DNA from: Eledone cirrhosa
Taxonomy: Eukaryota
Direction: 5' to 3'
NCBI GenBank assembly: GCA_964016885.1
Contig: CAXHJY010000422.1
Span: 25,184-89,183, forward strand
DNA: 64,000 bases
The translations under genes were made by a program, and so were the position numbers. The notes under the pieces were generated by a model that was not told where the DNA came from, did no database searches, and was given only the letters and a program-made list of their open reading frames with translations. Positions 23,965 through 35,600 of the stretch are shown piece by piece (the first letter of the stretch is position 1; each line of letters begins with the position of its first letter).

Positions 23965-26900
23965 TGTGGTGAGGTGTGGTGTAGTGTGGTGTGGTGTGGT
24001 GAGGTGAAGTGTGGTGTGGTGTGGTGAGGTGTGGTGAGGTGTGGAGTGGTGTGGTGTGGTGAGGTGTGGTGAGGTGTGGTGAGGTGTGGTGTGGTATGGT
24101 GAGGTGTGGTGTGGTGTGGTGAGGTGTGGTGTGGTGAGGTGTGGTGTGGTGTGGTGAGGTGTGGTGTGGTGTGGTGTGGTGTGGTGTAGTGTGGTGTGGT
24201 GTGGTGATGTGTGGTGAGGTGTGGTGTGGTGTGGTGTGGTGTGGTGTAGTGTGGTGTGGTGTGGTGTGGTGTGGTGAGGTGTGGTGTGGTGTGGTGATGT
24301 GTGGTGTGGTGAGGTGTGGTGTGGTGAGGTGTGGTGAGGTGTGGTGTGGTGAGGTGTGGTGTGGTGAGGTGAGGTGTGGTGTGGTGTGGTGTGGTGTGGT
24401 GTGGTGTGGTGTGGTGTGGTGAGGTGAGGTGTGGTGAGGTGAGGTGCGGTGTGGTGTGGGGTGGTGAGGTGTGGTGTGGTGAGGTGTGGTGTGGTGTGGT
24501 GTGGTGAGGTGTGGTGTGGTGTGGTGTGGTGTGGTGTGGTGCGGTGAGGTGTGGTGTCGTGTAGTGTGGTGTGGTGAGGTGTGGTGATGTGTGGTGTGGT
24601 GAGGTGTGGTGAGGTGTGGTGTGGTGAGGTGAGGTGTGGTGTGGTGAGGTGTGGTGTGGTGTGGTGAGGTGTGGTGTGGTGTGGTGTGGTGAGGTGTGGT
24701 GAGGTCTGGTGTGGTGTGGTGAGGTGTGGTGAGGTGTGGTGAGGTGTGGTGTGGTGATGTGTGGTGTGGTGAGGTGTGGTGTGGTGAGGTGAGGTGTGGT
24801 GTGGTGTGGTGAGGTGTGGTGAGGTGTGGTGTGGTGAGGTGTGGTGTGGTGAGGTGTGGTGTGGTGAGGTGTGGTGTGGTGTGGTGTGGTGAGGTGTGGT
24901 GTGGTGTGGTGTGGTGTGGTGTGGTCTGGTGTGGTGTGGTGTGGTGTGGTGTGGTGTGGTGTGGTGTGGTGAGGTGTGGTGTGGTGTGGTGAGGTGTGGT
25001 GTGGTGTGGTGAGGTGTAGTGTGGTGTGGTGTGGTGTGGTGTGGTGTAGTGTAGTGTAGTGTAGTGTAGTGTGGTGTGGTGTGGTGTGGTGTGGTGTGGT
25101 GTGGTGTGGTGTGGTGTGGTGTGGTGTGGTGTGGTGTGGTGTGGTGTGGTGTGGTGTGGTGTGGTGTGGTGTGGTGTGGTGTGGTGTGGTGTGGTGTGGT
25201 GAGGTGTGGTGTGGTGTGGTGTGGTGCGATGTGGTGCCGTGAGGTGTGGTGTGGTGCGGTGTGGTGTGGTGTGGTGTAGTGTGGTGTGGTGAGGTGTGGT
25301 GTGGTGTGGTGTGGTGCGCTGTGGTGAGGTGTGGTGTGGTGAGGTGAGGTGAGGTGTGGTGTGGTGTGGTGTGGTGAGGTGAGGTGTCGTGTGGTGAGGT
25401 GACATGTGGTGAGGTGAGGTGACGTGAGGTGTGGTGTGGTGTCGTGTGGTGTGTTGTGGTGCGGTGCGGTGTGGTGAGGTGTGGTGTGGTGAGGTGAGGT
25501 GTCGTGTGGTGTGGTGTGGTGAGGTGTGGTGAGGTGTGGTGTGGTGAGGTGTGGTGTGGTGAGGTGAGGTGTGGTGTGGTGTGGTGTGGTGTGGTGAGGT
25601 GTGGTGTGGTGAGGTGTGGTGAGGTGTGGTGAGGTGAGGTGTCGTGTGGTGAGGTGTGGTGAGGTGTGGTGTGGTGAGGTGAGGTGTGGTGTGGTGAGGT
25701 GTGGTGTGGTGAGGTGAGGTGTGGTGAGGTGTTGTGTGGTGTGTTGTGGTGTGGTGCGGTGTGGTGTGGTGTGGTGTGGTGTGGTGCGGTGCGGTGTGGT
25801 GAGGTGAGGTGTGGTGTTGTGAGGTGCGGTGTGGTGTGGTGAGGTGTGGTGAGGTGAGGTGTGGTGTGGTGCAGTGTGGTTCGGTGTAGTGTGGTGTGGT
25901 GTAGTGTGGTGTGGTGTGGTGTGGTGAGGTGTGGTGAGGTGTGGTGAGGTGAGGTGACGTGAGGTGTGGTGTGGTGTGGTGAGGTGAGGTGAGGTGTGGT
26001 GTGGTGAGGTGTGGTGTGGTGAGGTGTGGTGAGGTGACGTGAGGTGTGGTGAGGTGTGGTGAGGTGAGGTGTGGTGTGGTGTGGTGAGGTGAGGTGTGGT
26101 GCGCTGTGGTGAGGTGTGGTGAGGTGTGGTGTGGTGTGGTGTGGTGTGGTCTGGTGTGGTGTGGTGTGGTGAGGTGAGGTGTGGTGAGGTGTCGTGTGGT
26201 GTGGTCTGGTGCGGTGTGGTGAGGTGTGGTCTGGTGTGGTGTGGTGTGGTGAGGTGAGGTGTGGTGAGGTGTCGTGTGGTGTGGTGTGGTGTGGTGTGGT
26301 GAGGTGTGGTGTGGTGATGTGTGGTGTGGTGAGGTGAGGTGTCGTGTGGTGTGGTGAGGTGTGGTGTGGTGAGGTGTGGTGTGGTGTGGTGAGGTGTGGT
26401 GCGGTGCGGTGTGGTGTGGTGTGGTGTGGTGAGGTGTGGTTCGGTGTAGTGAGGTGTAGTGTGGTGTGGTGAGGTGTGGTTTAGTGTGGTGCGGTGTGGT
26501 GAGGTGAGGTGTGGTGAGGTGTGGTGTGGTGTGGTGAGGTGTGGTGAGGTGAGGTGTGATGTGGTGAGGTGTGGTGTGGTGTGGTGAGGTGTGGTGTGGT
26601 GTGGTGTGGTGTCGTGTGGTGTGGTGTGGTGAGGTGTGGTGAGGTGAGGTGTGGTGTGGTGAGGTGTGGTGTGGTGTGGTGAGGTGTGGTGCGGTGCGGT
26701 GTGGTGAGGTGTGGTGTGGTGTGGTGTGGTGAGGTGTGGTTCGGTGTAGTGAGGTGTAGTGTGGTGTGGTGAGGTGAGGTGTGGTGAGGTGTGGTGTGGT
26801 GTGGTGAGGTGTGGTGTGGTGTGGTGAGGTGTGGTGCGGTGCGGTGTGGTGAGGTGTGCTGTGGTGTGGTGAGGTGTAGTGTGGTGTGGTGAGGTGTGGT

Positions 26901-27185
26901 GTGGTGTGGTGCGGTGTGGTGAGGTGAGGTGTGGTGAGGTGAGGTGTGGTGTGGTGAGGTGTGGTGAGGTGAGGTGTGATGAGGTGTGGTGTGGTGAGGT
27001 GAGGTGTGATGAGGTGTGGTGAGGTGTGGTGTGGTGAGGTGAGGTGTTGTGAGGTGTGGTGTGGTGTGGTGTGGTGTGGTGCGGTGTGGTGTGGTGCGGT
27101 GTGGTGTGGTGTCGTGAGGTGTGGTGAGGTGTGGTGTGGTGTGGTGCGGTGTTGTGTGGTGTCGTGTCGTGTGGTGTGGTGTGGT
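23965..27185. repeat. (GTGGT/GAGGT)n pentamer microsatellite, 3.2 kb
   Basis: Seen directly. Confidence 0.95.
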
Positions 27186-27344
27186 TCAGTGCAGGACCTA
27201 CCTATAAACCCAATAAGCTATAACATAGGGTTATACACCCTCGAGGGGGGAGGGGGGATCATTAAAATACTTGTATATTTTTATTTTATCATTAGTTTTT
27301 ATTCTCTAACACCAAATTATCAAATTGGCCAATTACACCTCTCA

Positions 27345-27659
27345 CAGGTGACACGAGACCAACATCTCGGGCGATACAGGAAACCTGACTTCCCATAAGT
27401 ACAAACCATATATACAGTATGTCCCAACCCACCTCTCCATACACCTCCATGAGGACAGGCCAAAGTAATTCCATCCAGTCAAGCCCCCAACCCACACTGT
27501 AAAGTGGTTGGCTCTAGGAAGCTCATCCAGCTGTAGAAAACCGTCCAGACTCTCTCCTATATGAACAAGACACGGTCACCCAACCCAACTTACCTTAAAT
27601 GGGACAAACCTGTCTAACCCATGCTAGTATGGAAGATTGACGTTAAACGATGATGATGA

Positions 27660-27663
<4 letters not shown>
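27345..27663 (+). mobile_element. 5'-truncated RTE of a related subfamily (ORF end, 3' UTR, (GAT)n tail, colinear)
   Basis: GACCAACATCTCGGGCGATAC...TAAGTACAAA resembles the ORF end at 22420-22478; tail CCCATGCTAGTATGGAAGATTGACGTTAAACGATGATGAT. Confidence 0.7.
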
Positions 27664-27695
<32 letters not shown>

Positions 27696-27956
27696 ATGAG
27701 TATAACCGAAGTTAGAGCTGCACTGAACAATTGAATCATAAGAGGCAGTCACAAAGCACTCAATGAGTGAGGAATTATTATATTTCTACTCAGTGAACAA
27801 AAACTTAAAGAATTGTGACACCAAGAATAAATCAACCAGGGGAATATTTCCATAGTAATACAACATCGATATATACAAACAGTTGAAATAGATATATACA
27901 TATATAAATATATATTTATATATATACAAACAGTTGAAATATATAAGTATATATAT

Positions 27957-28361
27957 ATTGTTATGCTTTGGGAGGGTCATGTCGCCAATAATAAACACAC
28001 GCACCAATTGCTTTCACTCCAATTTATTATAAATTAAATTTATAAATTTCCGGTTGGTTGGTTGGTTGGTTACACAACTGGACGGTTGTTCATATATTGT
28101 CAAAGTTCTTTCGTCACACATTCTGTGACCTCTTCAGTGACTGGGATTCTTTTCTTTGTTTTGTGCCTCTCCTTTGTTCTGTCCTACGCTATCTTACTTA
28201 AAAAAAAAAAAACAAGATGGCGTAGGACAGAACAAAGGAGAGGCACAAAACAAAGAAAAGAATCCCCAGTCACTGAAGAGGTCACAGAATGTGTGACTAA
28301 AGAACTTTGACAATATATGAACAACCGTCCGGTTGTGGAACCAACCAAGCGGAAATTTATA
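27957..28361 (-). mobile_element. Penelope-like fold-back remnant (~150-bp inverted arms) carrying hammerhead motifs
   Basis: Arms about 28040-28195 and 28213-28361. Homologous to 43566-44000. Hammerhead at 28099-28141 (minus); mutated mirror copy at 28269-28311. Confidence 0.7.
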
Positions 28362-28563
28362 TATATTTTTTCTCTCTCTCCCTTTTTTTCCGCAATAACT
28401 TCCTTTAGTTACTGATGTCCTGGGGTAAGATATCTTGTCTTTAATGTGTAGACACCTCCATGACCCCCAGCAGACAACTGATGAAGGAAACTTTTCTCCC
28501 GTTCGTGCTTTCCTCTTATTTATAAGTACACCTTATCCAGCAACTTCACAGCCCCTGTTCCTT

Positions 28564-28600
<37 letters not shown>

Positions 28601-28601
<1 letters not shown>

Positions 28602-28709
28602 AACGAGTAGGACCCCGATGGCTGAGCTCAAGCCGTGTCGACGGCTAATTCTGGTCCAGAATTAGCCGTCGAAACGGCTTGAGCTCAGCCGTCGGGGTCC
28701 TACTTGTTC
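28601..28709. repeat. Palindrome, 54-bp arms, 1-nt spacer, containing a hammerhead 3' half
   Basis: Right arm has GAAACGGCT-tgagctc-AGCCGTC (GAAA, stem III, GUC). Downstream GTATTGAGTAC is shared with the flank of the 11.4 kb palindrome. Confidence 0.8.
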
Positions 28710-28788
28710 TATTACCCACTCTACTACCCTAAGTATTGAGTACTTTGGTGCGTTATGGTCCACCTGGTTCCTTACCACATTTCCTCCG

Positions 28789-28827
<39 letters not shown>

Positions 28828-28868
28828 CGAAACATAAGTCAATTGCATGAACTCATAATCCTTTATTT

Positions 28869-28924
28869 ACTGCTATATATATTTCGATGATAGCCATTGA
28901 ATGCCTATGACCTCATCGGGCAGT
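28869..28924 (-). ncRNA. Degenerate minimal hammerhead motif, same family as 54005
   Basis: ACTGC CCGATGA stem II GAAA TATATA TA GCAGT; core carries a U4-to-C change. Confidence 0.55.
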
Positions 28925-29261
28925 TAGTCAGTTCTTAGATATGCCAGCTCTGTGTTTATAGTGCTGATGGTATCAGAGCCTTGGGTCATATCCAAGAATA
29001 AATTATGTATATATATATATATATATACATAATTTATTCTTTATCATTAACATTTATATAAAAATTCATAATTATGTATAATTATTTTAAAATATTTTTA
29101 CCCAAACTTTGTTAAAGGGTCTCAAATTTCATAACTTAGGGTCTCAGTAGGGGAAAGTCTGACCCTGAGTGAAAGATATACATAAAACTGATGAGAATGT
29201 TGCACACACACACACATATACACTTACATACACACACACACATATATATGCAGAGACATAC

Positions 29262-29298
<37 letters not shown>

Positions 29299-29384
29299 CA
29301 TGCATATATGTATATATGAACTAAAATGAAGTTTTGTTTACATGTGAAAAATATTTATTACGTATTGACCTGTTACGTGTGTTT

Positions 29385-30125
29385 CACAGAAGATTGGCTC
29401 AAGGCGACCCAACTCGGTGCAGTAACAGTTCCAGTCTGCTTTATTCCAGTCAAAGTGAGCAGTTTGGAGATGGTTGTGGTTCTTGTTACTGCCCATAAGG
29501 GATAGATTGGCAATGATCATAGCATGATCAGAGTCACCCAAAGGTTCCTCAGTAGTAACACAAATGACCGTTTCAGGAGTAGGTCCAAAGTGTTGTCACC
29601 TCTTGTTGGGGAGGTGACTACTTGGGAACAATTCGAGTCCAGCACTACCTCAAGGAAGTCATTTGCACTTGGCGGCCAACGAAAGGTTTCCCAGTCAATC
29701 TCAGGGTGATTGAAATCTCCTACAATAAAAACATAAGTGACTGTTTTCCTGGCAGCAGCTCTGAGGATATCACAAAGTTGAGTGTCCTGATGGTAATTTG
29801 GGAGACGGTAAACGACTCCAAGTAGCAGTGTTGACATGGTCATACGTATATCGCAGAAAAAAACTTCCTGTTGTGATTGGTTCAAATCAACAAAAGGAAT
29901 TGCCGACAAATTTGACCGAACGTAGACCATTACACCACCACCACCACAATTAATACGGTCTTTACGAAACAGGTTGTAGCCAATTATGCTGAAAACCCCA
30001 TCACAGAGTAAGGGATGTGCCCAAGTTTCCGTGACTGTAATGAAGTTAGGGTTGATACTTTTGACGTAGGAGTCAAAAAGATGAATCTTATTGCATAGAC
30101 TACGTGCATTCAAGGACAACAATTT
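29385..30125 (-). mobile_element. CR1-type LINE ORF2 N-terminus: APE endonuclease domain, frameshifted
   Basis: Motifs NARSL, TETW, RKDR..GGGGV, VYR, GDFN, PTR..NTLDL, SDH, then DWNKADW. Confidence 0.9.
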
Positions 30126-30147
30126 GTACCTTGCTTCCAGTATATGA

Positions 30148-30867
30148 TTATGTGCAGGGGATGGCAGGTTGTTCTGATTTAGTTTCCCAGAGTTTTTTCA
30201 GTTTTTTTTTGTCAGTTGTTGTGGGTACAGTGTTTTCAGACCAGCTGGTATCTCTTTTCCATGTTTCACCAGCCTTAACAAACTTCCATATCTGCCCATC
30301 ATCGCGTAGGCTGAAGCTTTCATGTTCTGCCGAGCTGCAGTTTAAGGAAGCTGCAGCACGCAGCTTTGGGCGGACATCAGGTGGAAGACCAGGACGTGTT
30401 CGGAAAGCAATCCGACTTTCACGCCTAGCTTTACCAGAGGCTACAAGGTGTGAACGTGCCTCAGTTGAGTTCGAAAACGACAGTCTAATTAGCCTGGATT
30501 TCGGGCCTGGTCGGCCAAGCCATAGAGCACCTTTAGCGGGAGCACAGCCCAAGTCTTTGGATGAACTGGCAGCAAATGCCTGAAGATCAACTATGTCTTC
30601 TGGTACATAAATGGCAATCACTTCGTGGTTTGCAGATTCAGTGGCATTCTCAATGCGTCTAGGTTCAACATGAGGTACGCGGAGATTTTTTAACAAGGTA
30701 CTCTGGTAAGATCCCTCATTGTGAGGTTCTACACAAACGCTTGATTTTATTCCCGCTATTTCTCGGCTTAAAGCGGAAATCATTTGCCGTGTTTCCTCAA
30801 ACTCCGTATTGACGGTCAATTGTTGTTGTTGTTCTTCTCCTTCAACAGGCATGGTAGGAGAAGACAC
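30148..30867 (-). mobile_element. Probable ORF1 of the same LINE (239 aa)
   Basis: Non-repetitive ORF ending ~25 nt upstream of the APE frame, with a coiled-coil-like N-terminus and RLIRLSF segment. Confidence 0.55.
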
Positions 30868-31099
30868 AGTCGAGAGTATTGGTTGGGTTTATAAGGACTT
30901 GTGGGTAGGAAGAGACTGTTTGTAAGCCTAATGGTTTGACTGTAATATAAGGTCAGTTTTATATGCATCTGGAGAGACTCCTCAAGTAAACCCAAGCCTG
31001 TGGGTAAAACTTGGTAGACAGAGATGTTTTGTAAGCCCATCAGTTGTACTGTAATATGACAGACACATTAAAGGAACTACAGTATTTGTTACAGTTCAT

Positions 31100-31238
<139 letters not shown>

Positions 31239-31249
31239 AACTAAAATGA

Positions 31250-32621
31250 GGAATCCTGTGTCAAACATACACTTTGGAACTTCTGGAGCTCTCACAGTCT
31301 TATCCGGCCCTCGCAATTTGGATTTATCCCTAACTCCAGCTGCTGTGATCAACTTATCGAATTTCTTGAAGACATTACCCGGATCACTGACAGCGGCTCA
31401 TGAGTGGATGTTGTTTACCTTGACTTTGCAAAAGCTTTCAATTCTGTGCCACACAAAAGACTTATGGCAAAACTCTCTGCAATGGGTGTGAAGGATGATC
31501 TTTTTAACTGGTTGAAGTCCTTCATTCTCAGTCGAAGAGAGGTAGTCACGGTTCTGGGACAGCATTCGTCACCATATGAGATGTCATCTGGTGTACCACA
31601 GGGATATGTTCTTGGCCCCCTTTTGTTTGTGGCATATATTAATGACATAGATGCCAACTTAAAGAATGCCACAGTACTAAAGTACGCAGATGACATCAAG
31701 CTGTACCTTGAGATAAAAAGGACCGATCCTGAACACTATAGATCTTGCTTGCAGTCTGACCTGGACACAATGCAACAATGGATCTCAGACTGGCAACTCA
31801 AGCTAACTGTGGACAAGGGCACAACCATGCATTTTGGGAGTAAAAACCCAGCGTACACATACTCGCTCCACAGCACTAATATCAAAAAGTCTTCTTGTGA
31901 ACGTGACCTGGGCATTACGGTCAACAGCGATTTGCGTTAGACGAATCACGTCTCTAAAATTGTCAAGAAGGCCGAGGGTGTCTTAGCATCACTCAGCAAG
32001 ACCTTTGTCAGCCGCTCTCCAGCTATCTATTTAAGGCTGTACATGGCTATGGTGCGGCCACACTTAGAATTTGCATCACCAGTCTGGAACACCCCTATCT
32101 TGCTCAGAACATTGACCACCTGGAAACTGTTCAGAGACGTGCAACCAAGTGAATACCCTCCATCAGGCATCTACCATACTCTGAACAACTTGCTTCCCTG
32201 GCCATGGATACATTGAAGCTCAGACACCTGGCAACAGACTTGGTAAAAACCCACAAAATTGTTAACCATCTTGCCAACAACAACCCTGAGTACCTTTTTG
32301 ATTTCCATGTGTCTAACACACGTGGACATGCCCACAAAGTCAGAAAGCAGCACAGCTCCCATGACTTTCGGAAACATTTTTTCACGCTCAGAGTTGCTGA
32401 AGCATGGAACAAACTACCTGCATCAGTTGTTAGCTGTCGAGACACTGCATCCTTTAAGGCCTCCATGCTTCCCGAGATTCGCCAACACTACACCTCATGT
32501 CTCATACACTATTCACTTCCCTGACATTTGTATATTATATTATGTACTGTACTATACATACACCTTTGACGAGTTGTAGTGCACCTGAGCACTTTACACA
32601 ATAATTTCATTATTATTATTA
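31250..32621 (+). mobile_element. CR1-type LINE RT domain to 3' end, decayed, with (ATT)n tail
   Basis: QFGF, YLDFAKAF, SGVPQG.VLGPLLF, YADD, ERDLG, VRPHLEFASPVW, TRGH, FFTLRVAEAWNKLP; in-frame stops and a frameshift. Confidence 0.95.
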
Positions 32622-35600
32622 TCTCAGGTACCAATGTCCAGTCCCTTATATAACTGACCAACAGTCTGAAGTACCAATGTCCAGTTATATAACTGACCAA
32701 CAGTCTGAGGTACCAATGTCGAGTTCTTATATAACTGACCAATAGTCTGAGGTACCAATGTCCAGTTCTTATATAACTGACCAACAGTCTGAGGTGCCAA
32801 TGTCCAGTTCTATAACTGACCAACAGTCTGAGGTACCAATGTCCAGTTATATAACTGACCAACAGTCTGAGGTACCAATGTCCAATGCCTTATATAACTA
32901 ACCAACCGTCTGAGGTACCAATGTCCAGTGCCTTATATAACTGACCAACAGTCTGAGGTACCAATGTCCAATGCCTTATATAACTAACCAACCGTCTGAG
33001 GTACCAATGTCCAGTGCCTTATATAACTGACCAACAGTCTGAGGTACCAATGTCCAGTGCCTTATATAACTGACCAACAGTCTGAGGTACCAATATCCAG
33101 TCCCTTATATAACTGACCAACAGTCTGAGTTACCAATGTCCAGTTCTTATATAACTGACCAACAGTCTGAGGTGCCAATGTCCAGTTCTATAACTGACCA
33201 ACAGTCTGAGGTACCAATGTCCAGTTATATAACTGACCAACAGTCTGAGGTACCAATGTCCAGTTATATAACTAACCAACAGTCTGAGGTACCAATATCC
33301 AGTCCCTTATATAACTGACCAACAGTCTGAGGTACCAATGTCCAATGCCTTATATAACTGACCAACAGTCTGAGGTACCAATGTCCAGTCCCTTATATAA
33401 CTGACCAACAGTCTGAGGTACCAAGGTCCAGTGCCTTATATAACTGACCAAGAGTCTGAGGTGCCAATGTCCAGTTCTATAACTGATCAACAGTCTGAGG
33501 TACCAATGTCCAGTTATATAACCAACCGTCTGAGGTACCAATGTCCAGTTCTTATATAACTGACCAACAGTCTGAGGTACCAATGTCCAGTTATATAACT
33601 GACCAACAGTCTGAGGTTCCAATGTCCAGTTATATAACTAACCAACAGTCTGAGGTACCAATATCCAGTTATATAACTGACCAACAGTCTGAGGTACCAA
33701 TGTCCAGTTATATAACTGACCAACAGTCTGAGGTACCAATGTCCAGTTATATAACTAACCAACAGTCTGAGATACCAATGTCCAGTTATATAACTGACCA
33801 ACAGTCTGAGGTACCAATGTCCAGTTATATAACTGACCAACAGTCTGAGGTACCAATGTCCAACGCCTTGTATAACTGACCAACAGTCTGAGGTACCAAT
33901 GTCCAGTTATATAACTGACCAACAGTCTGAGGTACCAATGTCCAACGCCTTGTATAACTGACCAACAGTCTGAGGTACCAATGTCCAGTTATATAACTGA
34001 CCAACAGTCTGAGGTACCAATGTCCAACGCCTTGTATAACTGACCAACAGTCTGAGGTGCCAATGTCCAGTTATATAACTGACCAACAGTCTGAGGTGCC
34101 AATGTCCAGTTATATAACTGACCAACAGTCTGAGGTACCAATGTCCAGTGCCTTATATAACTGACCAACAGTCTGAGGTACCAATGTCCAGTGCCTTATA
34201 TAACTGACCAACAGTCTGAGGTACCAATGTCCAATGCCTTATATAACTGACCAACAGTCTGAGGTACCAATGTCCAGTGCCTTATATAACTGACCTACAG
34301 TCTGAGGTACCAATGTCCAGTCCTTTATATAACTGACCAACAGTCTGAGGTACCAATGTCCAGTCCCGTATATAACTGACCAACAGTCTGAGGTACCAAT
34401 GTCCAGTTATATAATTAACCAATAGTCTGAGGTACCAATGTCCAGTTATATAACTGACCAACAGTCTGAGGTACCAATGTCCAATGCCTTGTATAACTGA
34501 CCAACAGTCTGAGGTACCAATGTCCAGTGCCTTATATAACTGACCAACAGTCTGAGGTACCAATGTCCAGTTCTTATATAACTGACCAACAGTCTGAGGT
34601 ACCAATGTCGAGTTATATAACTGACCAACAGTCTGAGGTACCAATATGCAGTCCCTTATATAACTGACGAACTGTCTGAGGTACCAATGTCCAGTCCCTT
34701 ATATAACTGACCAACAGTCTGAGGTACCAATTTTCAGTGCCTTATATAACTGACCAACAGTCTGAGGTACCAATGTCCAGTTATATAACCAACCGTCTGA
34801 GGTACCAATGTCGAGTTATATAACTGACCAACAGTCTGAGGTACCAATATCCAGTCCCTTATATAACTGACCAACAGTCTGAGGTACCAATGTCCAGTGC
34901 CTTATATAACTGACCAACAGTCTGAGGTACCAATGTCCAGTTATATAACTGACTAACAATCTGAGGTACCAATGTCCAGTTATATAACTAACCAACAGTC
35001 TGAGGTACCAATGTCCAGTCCCTTATATAACTGACCAACAGTCTGAGGTACCAATGTCCAGTTATATAACTGACTAACAATCTGAGGTACCAATGTCCAG
35101 TTATATAACTAACCAACAGTCTGAGATACCAATGTCCAGTTATATAACTGACCAACAGTCTGAGGTACCAATGTCCAGTTATATAACTGACCAACAGTCT
35201 GAGGTACCAATATCCAGTTATATAACTGACCAACAGTCTGAGGTACCAATATCCAGTCCCTTATATAACTGACCAACAGTCTGAGGTACCAATGTCCAGT
35301 CCCTTATATAACTGACCAACAGTCTGAGGTACCAATGTCCAGTCCCTTATATAACTGACCAACAGTCTGAGGTACCAATGTCCAATGCCTTACATAACTG
35401 ACCAACAGTCTGAGATACCAATGTCCAGTTCTTATATAACTGACCAACAGTCTGAGGTACCAATGTCCAGTGCCTTATATAACTGACTAACAATCTGAGG
35501 TACCAATGTCCAGTTATATAACTGACCAACAGTCTGAGGTACCAATGTCCAGTTATATAACTGACCAACAGTCTGAGGTACCAATGTCCAGATATATAAC

